In this document: positions 46,864 through 58,125 of the stretch, piece after piece
How the letters are laid out: every line of letters begins with the position of its first letter
Position numbering within the stretch: position 1 is the first letter of the stretch
Assembly: GCF_009914755.1 (NCBI RefSeq)
Contig: NC_060931.1
Length of the DNA: 64,000 nucleotides
Source: the human T2T-CHM13v2.0 reference genome, Homo sapiens
Direction: 5' to 3' (one strand)
Notes under the pieces: generated by a model
The model's input: only the letters and a program-made list of their open reading frames with translations
Told to the model about the DNA's origin: nothing
Database searches by the model: none
Position numbers and translations under genes: made by a program

Positions 46864-49265
46864 GTGGCTCAAAATTTTTACAGGAGAAATCTAGAGAAGT
46901 TTTATTTCCCCACATGCTCTCACCATCCTCTCAATATTATCACTCAGGGCTGCCCTTCATATACAGCATGTTTGACCAATGGGACTATTCTCTGGACATT
47001 TTATATGTTTCAGGAATTTTCACTCCAACTTTGCTTATGATATTTCCTCTATCCAGAATATCCTTCTCAGTTCCATGGGTCCTAATCCTACCAGATACTT
47101 CAACACACAACTCAAATACTTTCTCTTCAATGGATTATGCCAGATTATTCAGCTGGATACCTTCTCTTCCTTCTTTGAAATATCATCTCATAGTCTGGTC
47201 CTCTTTTATGGTATTTAATTATATTCTATTTTGGATTATTACTATTTAGATATTAGGTACTTTCCCTGATAGATTTTATACTGACTTGAAGCCAGGTTTA
47301 TGATTCTGATTTAAGGTAGTATTGAATATTATATATATGTTTTCCAGATGAAGATGTCTCATTTATTTATTCATTTTTTCCCATGGCCTAGCATGTCTGT
47401 CCTTAACATCATAGGAACCTGATCTTTCTACTGGAAGGTAAGTTGTTTCATTTGGGAAGACATGTTAATTTAGGTAACAAATTCTTACTTTATCACAGGC
47501 TAAGAGCTACACTTCACAGAAGTAAGTACACAGCATCTGCATTCATAGAATGGTGGCTATGACCACCATCATGCATGTACTTCTAATAATATTTCTTATG
47601 TCAAAATCTTCTTGAAGCCATTTTAGAAACTTATTTATGTCCCATACTTAATACAGTGCAAGTATATTAATTGATATGATATTAATATACTTAATATAAT
47701 TACTGACATACTGAATTATATAGTTCCATGAATATTGCATGAATAAATAAAGTTTGGCTTATTGCTATTATTACCTTATGAATCACTTGTAACAACATTA
47801 TCAATCATTTTTAGGGGAACTAAACACTTGGTGAATTCCAATTAAGTGTTAGGATTATAACAAGAGTAAGGGTCTGAAAATAATTATTTGTATTATTTTG
47901 ATTCTTAGCTGTTAATTTTGAATATTGCTAAAGTTAGTAGGCTGATATTAATATCCAATATTCAATTTTATCATAGAATATAGGCTGAGTTTCAACTTCA
48001 AACTTTCATATCCTTAATAGAAACTTTTAATTTGGTGTGACTTTTGAGGAAGAATTAGTACTGTCTTGTTGGTATCTGCATTTGGCACTCCCCTCTAATT
48101 CTGTTCTAACCTTATTGCAATTACACTCTTCAAGTGCTGGATTATAGACTATCCAGAAAATACGAGACTGGATTTCTAATCATGAGGCAATGAAAGAACA
48201 ATACTTTTTAGCAAAACCATGAGGAGAATGAAAAAGTGAATGCAAGGCCTGATCATTTTGGGGTTGTGAACATCATTGCTTTATACCATCCAACTAAATG
48301 TGTGGCATTAGGCAAACTGTTTTCCTTTTAGAACTTCCATAAAGAAAATTTCAAAGTTCAACTCCATGATTGTTTTGGAGATTTTTGTAAAAGACTTTGA
48401 TCCCCTTTTAATTATAGGGCTAAACATGTGTTAATGAGATCAATAAGAGTTCAAAAATTTGAGCTAAGTTTAATTATACCATAAAACATGATTATATTTC
48501 TTTTGAAATAAATGAATTTGAAAATTATAGAACAATGCCTACAAAATTGTTTTATGATATGCCAAAACCATCAAATGTTTTAAAAAATAAATGGCTGCAA
48601 TTACTTCATGAGTTCTAAAAGATCCAATTATATTAATGATAATACTTATTTTTAATAGAAAGAAAAATTATTCCTACTGCAGATTATCCATGGTTATAAA
48701 GTTTAAGGAAAAGTTACACATATTTCTGACTAATTTGAAAAATTCAACACCTCTATGTACTTATGAGAGACATATTTCATTTATATAAATAAATCTTAGG
48801 ACTTTATTTCATTTCTTTTTATTCCTTTGTTGGTTCATGCATCAGCAATTGTGATGGTAGAGCAACAGTACTAAGCACTACATGTGTACCTGTTGGAAGA
48901 TAAGGTCTTTGGTGATTTGCTGCTTTGAATAGGCTGAATTATATTGTTATTTTGTATTATATTCAAGAGGAAAAGAGTGTTTGAAAGTGTTCTGTTGTGT
49001 GTAGAGCTCAAGATACTGCAATAATCTTAGATGAAACTTTTTTATATTGAGACTTTCAAATACTTGCATACATATCCTATCTTTTACTTTTAGAAATCCT
49101 CTTGGAGACAATGTGACTCTTCATTGTCTAATAAATATTTACTTTAGATTATGAGTAAGCTATCTTCTTTTGTGCTTACAAAAAATAAATACAACAATAG
49201 CAGAAACTTTTCTTTTTACTCCTCCTCATCTTCCTCCTCCTCTTTCCTCTTTTGGTGTATTACAG

Positions 49266-49430
49266 TCTACCCAGATTCCTTGAAATGGAAAGCCTTGATG
49301 GATTCCCTTGGAGTGTTTCCCTCCAGACTGTGTTTTGTAGAAAGTCTGAGGAGACCAAACCTAGCTATTTCTATGGAGGAGTATTCACAGCTGACAGATG
49401 GTAATATTAGTTTGTGCACAGTCTTCCTAT
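49266..49430 (+). pseudogene. pseudo-exon: protease activation site to His57
   Basis: Long pyrimidine tract plus TACAG. Reads MESLDGFPWSVSLQTVFCRKSEETKPSYFYGGVFTADRW*Y*FVHSL, matching FPWxVSLQ...FCGGVLIADRWVLTAAHCL. His codon at 49417-49419. Donor not recognisable. Confidence 0.85.
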
Positions 49431-49997
49431 CCTATGACTTTTGTGTTGACATGCTTTTAGAATTTTCTCTCTCGTCTCCATTTCAACTTCATTTATTCTA
49501 GGTTGTTTCTCATTTCCTCTAACGGGATTACCACAAGTCATTCTTAATTTATTTCTCTGAACTTATGATTCTTTTCATTTACCCCATCCTTTATAATTTA
49601 CCATTCTTAAATAGTTGATCCATTTACATATTTATTTGTTCATTGTTTATTCATTTGCTTAATCATTCGCTATCTTTTCATACATCAAACTTTTGTCAAA
49701 TACCTTCTATATGCCATAAATTCTGGTAGAGAGCTGAAATTATAACTCAGTTGCCATTTTCATGAGGTTTGGTAATTCATTTTTCTACTCAAATCTTAAC
49801 TAGCTCCCATTTCTCCTAATTCCTCAAGTCAATTTGACTGCTTGTATTTCAATAAAGGCTGTCCACATTATAGCCCTTGGGTCTACCAACTCATTCAGTT
49901 ATTATAGTTATTAGGTATGTGCTTATTAAACACTGATGACATTTAAAGTATTGCTTTCTGATATTCTCTTTCAATATCATTCAAAATGTGTTTTTTA

Positions 49998-50172
49998 CAG
50001 TTGCCAAATAAAATACAGAATGCCCAGTTAGTTTGAATTTCAAGATAAGCAACAAATAAATTTTTAGTATAAGAGTGTTTATAAAATGTTTGGGACATAT
50101 TTATATTCAAAAATTGTTTGTTAATAAAATTTAACTGGGAAGTCTGTATTTTCACTTTTTAAATCTGGCAAG
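49998..50172. mobile_element. MER53 palindromic hAT MITE
   Basis: GTTGCCA.ATAAAATACAG..TGCCCAGTTA ... TTTAACTGGG..GTCTGTATTTT..AAATCTGGCAA. Confidence 0.85.
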
Positions 50173-50229
50173 GAACATTTTGGAACTTTGCTTCTTTGTA
50201 TGAAATTGTGTGATTCACTCAGAATTTCT

Positions 50230-50440
50230 TGGTAATAATACAATATTCTTAGCACTTTATATATCTTAACTCAAGTAATCCTCAAATATATCCAATGCTG
50301 TAAGAATAGTATTATCTCACTTTAAACATAAGTGTGTTGAGATGCAGATATCAAGGAACTTGCCCACTCACCAAGCTAGTAAGTGTCAGTACTGGGTACG
50401 AGCCAATGACTTCGTATCCAGTGTTTTAACCATTACATAT
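50230..50440 (-). mobile_element. MIR
   Basis: AAGGAACTTGCCCA..CACCAAGCTAGTAAGTG core. Confidence 0.7.
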
Positions 50441-50473
50441 GATAGCTTCTGTGGAGCAACATACCTTTTACAG

Positions 50474-50595
50474 ATGCCTAAGATTGCTCCAGAAAATAGT
50501 ACTTGATAGTCACACTTCATATGGCACTTTCATAAATATGAACTCCTAGGAATGTAAGCACATTTTAAAAGTATTGACATATTCATTTTGCCCGG
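50474..50595 (+). pseudogene. pseudo-exon: protease, Asp102 region
   Basis: CTTTTACAG| phase 2 CLRLLQKIVLDSH (PLG |SPRPSSYKVILGAH, same phase), then *E (QE), then after a frameshift DIFI..(F)AR|GT (HGF DLVLMKLAR|). Confidence 0.6.
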
Positions 50596-50639
50596 GTATT
50601 CATAGACCCTGAGTGCATGGACACCAGAAATATTATTAG

Positions 50640-50890
50640 GCCTCCTCTTCTCTGTTCCCTGACTGCTCTGGAAAGAAATCAGTATTCCACAAAGCTGGCC
50701 TGTAAGCTGCAGACTGGCTTGTTCCAATGACTACTCTCCAGACTTCGAGATATTAAAGCATGTACTCATTCTGTGTCCTGCAGTTACACCTTCTGAGACC
50801 TACTGAAAGGAATTCCATCCTTCTTTCCCATGTAAAATCAAACTAAGTCCGCAGATCAGTCCACCCCTCTGTATTTTTGACATGTGCCAG
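50640..50890 (+). pseudogene. pseudo-exon: protease, RP...GW...DxCQ
   Basis: AG|G CCT (R|P as in HGF); *LLWKEISIPQSW.CK.ADW (CLP...IP...CxxxGW); ILKHVLI; ends GAC ATG TGC CAG|GT = DMCQ|, phase 0 exactly as PLG DSCQ|GDSGGP. Confidence 0.75.
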
Positions 50891-51040
50891 GTTATTCTGC
50901 AATGATCAGAGACTGTTCTCTTATCTCTCTCATTTGGCTAAGGATCCTTTCTCTTCTTCTCCACCGGAGTCCTTGAACTAGGCATTAGTAAAGCTTATTG
51001 TACTTAACCAATCTCTGCGCATCTGTGTCTCCAGAAAAGG

Positions 51041-51426
51041 TGTTATTGGCTGACTTATGTCCCCAACAAATGTATATTGAAGTCCTTACCCCTAGAAATA
51101 TAGAATATAGTCATATTTGGATATAAAGTCTTTTAGGAGGTGTTTAAGGTTAAAATGAGGTCTAGGGTGGACGGTCATTTAATATGATAGGGGTGCCCTT
51201 ATCAGAAGAGAAAATTTGTACGTGCAGAGAAATAGCAGACATGCACTCACAGAGAGATGACCAAGTGAATACTTAGTGAGAAGGGAGTCATCTGCAAGGC
51301 AGTGAGAGGGGCCTGAGAAAAAATCAAACCTGCTGAACGCTTGATCTCAAATTTTTAACCTCCAGAACTGTGAGAAAATAAATGTCTGTTGTTTGAACCA
51401 CCCAGTCTGTGGTATTTTGTTTTGGC
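51041..51426 (+). mobile_element. MLT1A0-type MaLR LTR
   Basis: TGTTATTGGCTGA..ATGTCCCC start; CCAGAACTGTGAGAAAATAAAT; CTAGCAAACTAATACA end. Confidence 0.9.
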
Positions 51427-52111
51427 AACTCTAGCAAACTAATACATGAGGCTCATTTGTTTAGGAGAAAAAAAAATCTGATTCTGACTCTACCTCTGAA
51501 AATAGACATGAAACTAATGCAAACTAATATTCCTATGAACATGTCGTTCTCCTTTGAACCCACAAAGTTCAAAGTATTCAAATTTTAGCTGTCCTCCACT
51601 ACCACAGATATTGCTCTTACTGGCTGTTACCCATGCCACTAGTTTACTATTTTTTGAGCCCCTGTTATGCGCTAAGTGATGAGCTAGTGATTTTCATATG
51701 ATATCTCAACTAATCCTCATGACAACTCAGGGAGTTAGATATTATGACAGATGATACTTGCAGTCAAGACACAAAAGCATAAGAACCATTATTTATTGTT
51801 GTTTCATAGGTAGAACATTGCCATTCAATTCCGTTTCAGGTTACTTAGGTCAGGCTTAGTATCTTAATTTACCCACAACCTGAGAACATGATTGGTCCTT
51901 CATACATGCTGCTGAGTGATTACTTGATTGAATTGGGAGAGGAAGCTAGAAGGGGTAGAAATCCACTATCTTCTTGACAATGCATCTGCCCACATCATAC
52001 TTCCTGTGGACTCTGTGCTATCTTGATAGAGAGGTTGATACCATCCATGCACTCAAATATATGATATCAGAATAATCATTTAGCTCATTTAAACTTGACT
52101 CAGGAGATAAC

Positions 52112-52581
52112 TTTTTTCCTCCATTTGTATAAATTTAAGGGGCACAAGTGTAGTTTTGTTATGCTGATGTATTGCATAGTGATGAAGTTTAGACTTTTAG
52201 TATAACCATCACCCAATAATATATATTGTACCCATTAAGTTATTTCTCATCCTTCACCCACCTCCCAACCCCTCACCATTCCAAGTCTTCAAAGTCTATT
52301 ATTCCAAACCCTATGTCCATGTATACATATCATTTAGCTCCTACTTATAAATTATCACTTATAAGTGAGAACATGTGATATTTGCCTTTCTGTTTCTGAG
52401 TTTTCACTTAAGATAATGGCCTCTAATTCTATCCATGTTTCTGCAAAATATATGATTTCATTTCATTCTTTTCCATGGCTGAATGGTATTCCATTGTGTA
52501 TGTGTGTATATATATATATACATATATATATACACACACCTGATATATATATATACACCTATATATATATATATACCTGAG

Positions 52582-52612
<31 letters not shown>

Positions 52613-52738
52613 GTCTGATCATCTGTTGATCCAGTTAGGATACTAAGATCTGGAGCAAGACAAGGATGCCCATGTGGATCTGGGTATTTACCCAAAGGAA
52701 AATAAATCATTATATTAAAAACATAACTGCACTCATAG
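52112..52738 (-). mobile_element. L1PB4-like 3' end with inverted 5' segment and (TA)n at about 52505-52612
   Basis: Antisense 3'UTR at 52112-52630, then sense-orientation L1 pieces at 52643-52738. Confidence 0.8.
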
Positions 52739-53284
52739 GAAAAAGTTTTTGAAGTTTTGATCTAAAATTCCATATCCATATGTGAGAAGTTTGGGTAGTA
52801 GAAAGAACATTTGGCCAGAGGCCATATAATCTGGTTTATAGTACTGTTCCTATTCTGTAATAAAAGGAGCAATGTAGTGTTTTCAATCGGAATATTCAGA
52901 GTTATAATAAGGGCAATCATTGGAAGCTTTACTTGCTTCATAGGACTGCTGAAAGAGTCAGTAAAGCAATAGGGATCTGTTTTGAAACATTTGCTTCCTG
53001 AAACCTAGAACAATGTAGGCTCTCTTCCTTTGCTCCTTTCCAAATTTTACTATTTTTCCCATTCCTTCCACAACCTTGGAGTGACTGCTGGATTAGGTGG
53101 CAGACTAGACCGATTGACAATTCTCTGTTTTATTACATATAATAGGCAATATTTTATTTTTTGTTATGGTAAGAACACAACATGAGATAAACGATCTTAA
53201 TAAATTTCTAAGCGTACAATACCTTACTGTTGACTATAGGTACAATGTTGTACAACAGTTCTATAGAGTTATTAATCTTTTAAA

Positions 53285-53583
53285 AAATTTATAATGAATG
53301 AAATTGATTGGTTCCCAGTTCTGAAGGCTGGGAAGTCTCAGTACAAAGGTACCAGCATCTGGCAAAGGCCTTCTTCTGTATCATTCCAGGGCAGAAAACA
53401 ACAGGACAATAGAGATAGCAAGAGGGTACTGAACTTGCCCTTTTATAATGCACAAATCCCACTCATAAAGGTGGAGTTCTTATGGCCTAATCACCTCCTA
53501 AAAGTCCTACCTCTTAATACTTTTACAAAGGAAATTAAATTTCAACATGAGTTTTGGAGGGGACAAATATGCAAACCATAGCA
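53285..53583 (-). mobile_element. MST-family MaLR LTR (partial)
   Basis: CAGTTCTGAAGGCTGGGAAGTC...TTTCAACATGAGTTTTGGAGGGGACAAA..CAAACCATAGCA. Confidence 0.85.
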
Positions 53584-54171
53584 ATGTATAGTCAGCATGG
53601 AAATAAATTTCCAGTAAATTATAAGAAGCAGTCCATTGAGATCTGAAAATAATTCCTTCCTAGGAATAAAGGAAGACCAAGGAAAAAACATATTCCACAT
53701 CTACTACATATAGAATAAACAGAAAATTACCCAAGATATCACTTTGGGGTAGGGGGGAATCTGTCCCCTCAATTATTTATCCTTTGAATTATGAACAATC
53801 CAATTACACTCTTTAAGTCGCTTTTAAATATACAATTAAGTTATTATTGACTATAGTCACCCTGCTGATAGGTGAGAGGATATCTCATTGTAGTTTTGAT
53901 TTGCATTTTGCCAATGATCAATGATCTTGAGCACGTTTTCTTATCCGTTTGCCATTTTATGTCTTCTTTTGAGAAATGTCTATTATCCATTTAAAAATTG
54001 GATTATTAGCTTTTTCCTGTAGAGCTGTTCCAGCTCTTTATATATTCTGGTTATTAATCCCTTGTCAGATTGGTGGTTTGCAAATATTTTCTTCTATTCT
54101 GTAGGTTGTCTCTTCACTTTGTTGTTTCCTTTGCTTTTCAAATTGATGTCATCCCATTTTCCCATTTGTCC

Positions 54172-54470
54172 TTTTTTTTTTTGAGACAGAGCCTCACTCT
54201 GTGGGCCAGGCGGGAGTGCAATGGCACCATCGCAGCTCACTGCAACCTCCGTCTCCCAGGTTCAAGTGATTCTCCTGTTTCAGCCTCCTAAGTAGCTGGG
54301 ATTACAGGCACATGCCACCACGTCCAGTCCAGCTAATTTTTTGTATTTTTAGTAGAGACTAGGTTTTGCCATGTTGGCCAGGCTGGTCTTGAACTTTTGA
54401 CCTCAGGTAATACCCCCACCTCAGCCTCCCAAAGTGCTGGGATTACAGGCATGAGCCACCCCACCTGGCC
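54172..54470 (-). mobile_element. AluSx-like
   Basis: Antisense Alu flanked by ATTTGTCC repeats. Confidence 0.92.
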
Positions 54471-55280
54471 GTATTTGTCCATTTTTGCTTTGGTTGTCTA
54501 TGATGGTAGAATATTACTCAAGAAATTTTTGCTCAGATCAATGTCCTGGAGATTTTCCCCAATGTTTTCATTTAGTAGTTACATAGCTTGAGTCCTTAGA
54601 TTTACTTCTTTAATTCATTTTGATTTGATTTTTGTGTATGGCAAGAGATAGGGGTCTAGATTTATTCTTCTGCATATGAATATCCAATTTTCCCAGCCCC
54701 ATTTATTGAAGAGATTGTCTTTTCCCCAGTGTATGTTCTTGGCACTTTTGTCAAAAATTAATTCAGTGTATGTGTGTGGATTTGTTTCTGGGTTCTCCAT
54801 TCTGCTCCATTGGTTTATGTGTCTCTTTTTATCCCTGTACCATGCTATAGAATAATTTGAAATCAGTTAATCTGATTCCTCCAGTTTTGATCTTTTTGCT
54901 TAGGATAGCTTTGTTTATTCTGGGACTTTTGTGGATACATATAAATTTTAGATTTTTTTTTTCTATTTCTGTGAAGAATGTCATTGGTATTTTGATGGGA
55001 ATTGCATTGAATCTGTAGATTTCTTTGTGTAGTATGGATGTTTTAACAATATTGATTCTTCTAATACATAAACATGGAATATCCATTTTTTGGTGTCATC
55101 TTCAATTTCCTGCATAAATATTTTATAGTTTTCATTGTAGAGATCTTTTACTTCTTTGTTTAATTTCTAAGTATTTCATTTTATATGTGAATATCTTAAT
55201 GGGATTACTTTTTAAATTTGTTTTTCACATTGTTCACTGTTGGTATATAGAAATGCTATTGATTTTTGTATGTTGATTTT

Positions 55281-55428
55281 TTTTATTATACTTTAAGTTT
55301 TAGGGTACATGTGCACATTGTGCAGGTTAGTTACATATGTATACATGTGCCATGCTGGTGTGCTGCACCCACTAACTCGTCATCTAGCATTAGGTATATC
55401 TCCCGATGCTATCCCTCCCCCCTCCCGC
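55281..55428 (-). mobile_element. L1PA2 3' stub (148 bp) with perfect TSD
   Basis: Near-identical to the young L1 3' end; carries GAG (not the L1HS-Ta ACA) and TGCTAGATG diagnostics. TSD TGTATGTTGATTTT at 55267-55280 and 55429-55442. Confidence 0.93.
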
Positions 55429-57775
55429 TGTATGTTGATTTTGTATCCTGCAACTTTACAGAATTTATCAGTTCTAATAGTTTTTTGTTGGAGTCTTTAA
55501 TTTTTTCCAAATATAAAATCATATCATCTGCAAACAAGAATAATTTGACATCTTCCTTTGCAATTTTGATGTCCTTTGTATCTTTCTCTTGTCTGGTTGC
55601 TCTAGCTAGAGCTTCCAGTACCATGTTTAATAACAGTGGTGACAGTGGGCATTCTCATCTTGTTCCATGTCATAGAAGAATGGCTTTCAGTCCACCACCA
55701 CTATGACTGCACTGGGTCAGACCTGAAGCCAGCATAGCACTGGGTCTCATGCAAGGCCTGCTGTAACCACTCCTGGCTACTGCCTATGTTCACTCAAGGT
55801 CCTTGGGCTCTACCATCAGCAGGTGGCAAAGCCAGCCAGGTCTGTGTCCTTCCTTTCAGGATGGTAAGGTGCCCCAGGCTCCAGCTGGGTCCAGAGGTGC
55901 CATCTAGGAGTCAAGGACTAGAGTCAAGAATGTTAGAAGTCTACCTGGTGTTCTATTGTATTGGGCTGAGCTGGCACTTAAACCACAAGATTTAGTCCTC
56001 ACTCTTGCCTTCCATTTCTAAAGGCAGAGAGCCTCATCCTGTAGCTACCACCACCCCCAGGCCATGAGGAATACTGCCAAACTACCAGTCAATGTTTCCT
56101 TAAGGCCCGTGGGCTCTTAAGTTAGCTTGTGGTGAATTCTTTCTGGCCTGGGACTCACCTTTTAGGGCAGTGGGCTCCCCTCTGGCCCAGGGCAGGTACA
56201 GAAATGCCATCCAAAAATCAAGTCCTAGAGTTGAGGACCTGAAGAGCCTGCTTGGTTCTCTGCCTCACTGTGGTCGTGCTGTTACCTATGGAACAAGACA
56301 AACTCTCCTTTACTTTTTCCTCTCCTTATCTCAAGCACAAGGAGTTTTGCCCCATAACCACCAGAGCTGGTAATGTGCTGAGTCTCACCTGAAGCCAGCA
56401 AGTCTCAGAGGCTCACCCCAGGCCCTTGATATAGCACCTGGGTATCAATGCTGATATTCAGGGCCCAATGGCACTTTAGTTAGCAGGTGATGAATGCTCT
56501 CAGGACTGGGTCCTTTCCTTCAAGACGGTGGGTTCCCTTCTGGCCAGAGTGTGTCTAGAAATGTCGAGCTAGGGCCTGGAATGGAGGCCTCACGACTCTA
56601 ACCCTATGCTGCTGTGACTGAGCTGGTATCCAGCATGCAAGGCCAAGTCCTCCCAACTCTTCCCTCTCCTCTCTTCATGCAGAAGGAAGGGATCTCTTTT
56701 GGAGCTGTGGGCTGTGCTGCCTGAGGTTAGAGTAGGGGTGATGCCAGCACTCCCTTGGCTGCCCAAGCTTGTGTCTCAGTATGTTGTCTTCCCGCTCTAT
56801 CTAATGTCATTGGGCCTAGTTCAACACCAGGACTTGCCTAAGAGTTGCAGTCCTTATGGCCTAGATTACCTTTCCAATTTACTTGGAGATTCAGAGTACT
56901 GTAGCCCATGGTGGCGAGGTTTGCAAGCACTCAAGTTTTGACCACTGGGGATTCTTGATTCCCCTCTGGCTAGGGCTGTCTTTTGCTCCCTCTGTGAGTG
57001 GACATTAGCTAATTTGGTTTGGTTTTTCTTTCTGCTTTAACAGGACAGCACTGACTTCAATGCTTTACAATTGCTGTGCTCTCCCTCCCCGAGCACCCAG
57101 AGATGCCCTCTGCACCAAGCCACCACTGCCAGGGTAGGGGTGGGGTGGCAATGGCTATTCAGGATTGTTTTTTCTATCTATCCCAGTGCCTCTTTCAGTG
57201 AATATAAAGTTAAAACCAGGCACTATGAATGCTCACCTGATTTTTGGTTCTTATGAAGGTGTTTTTTTCTATGTAGATATTTGCTGAGGGAATGATTGGT
57301 AGAGTCTTCTATTCTGCCATCTTGCTTCACTTCTTATTTATCTTTCTTGACTGAAATTTTACGCCCATTGATGAGTAACTCCTCATTTTCTCCTCCTTCC
57401 AGCCCCTAGTAACCAACATTCCACTCTAATTCTAAAGAGTAGAATTAGTCTTTCTGATTCTAAAGAGTGGAATTAGTCTTTCTAATTCTAAAGAGTGGGA
57501 TACTTAAATTCTAACAACTTAAGTATTTTAGATACCTCATATAAGTGGGATCATGCAGTATTTGTCTTCCTGTGACTGGCTTACTAAACTTAGCATAATG
57601 TCCTTAAGGAAATAAACTAAATGTTTATTGATAGAAAAATATATAAAGAAAACATAATTTATACATACAATAGTATATTATTTAACCTTTAAAAAAGAAG
57701 GAAATTCTGCAATATGCATCAACATGGACGATATTTTATTTTTAATAGAACCTTCAAGTTTTCTATTAAAAATAG

Positions 57776-57897
57776 TGAATAAAAGGGCTTTTTTGATATT
57801 CTAAAGTCACTCTATTTTGGTGGCAGCTGTTATATCTTGGAATTTGTTGTCAGGATTTAACTGTTTTTCTAACAGCAAGGCATAGTGATGCTGGAAT
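57776..57897 (+). pseudogene. candidate last protease exon (Ser195 region), very decayed
   Basis: After AATAG reads (V)NKRAFLIF*SHSILVAAVISW, then GICCQDLTVF...W. Spacing fits GDSGGPLVC...GVISWG..C...VF...WI but identity is low. Confidence 0.4.
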
Positions 57898-58125
57898 AAT
57901 AGCTAACGATTATTGAACAAGTATGTACCGGGCACTAAACTGAGACTTTTACATACATTTTAATTGCTTAATTCTGACATCAGTGGTATGAGGTAGATAC
58001 CATTCTAAATATGAGAAAATGGAAAATTCACAGGCTAAGAAACTTGCCAAAAGTTATTTAACTACTAACTCTCGAGCCAGGATTTGAACACTAGCAGTCT
58101 GACTCTGTGCCCTTACGCATGGCTT
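57895..58125 (-). mobile_element. MIR
   Basis: AATAATAGCTAAC.ATTATTGA.. and GGCTAAGAAACTTGCCAAA..GAGCCAGGATTTGAAC. Confidence 0.85.

Larger units (their letters stand above)
53745..57330 (-). mobile_element. L1MA (1-3) with long 5'UTR joined directly to mid-ORF2
   Basis: Antisense 3'UTR and ORF2 (ORFs 54829..55086 and 55409..55624) up to 55691, then L1M1-type 5'UTR at 55692-57330 ending GCCATCTTG. Confidence 0.85.
53162..57730 (-). mobile_element. L1MA9-like short insertion with 5' inversion, hosting nested elements
   Basis: 3' end at 53162-53280 resumes at 57335-57605; inverted piece at 57610-57730. TSD ATATTTTATTTTT at 53149-53161 and 57731-57743. Confidence 0.75.

Noticed and set aside
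49151-49501. 116-aa ORF and the symmetric 135-nt exon reading YPDSLKWKALMD...
   Set aside because: This is the alternative frame; the protease motifs are in a different frame of the same segment.
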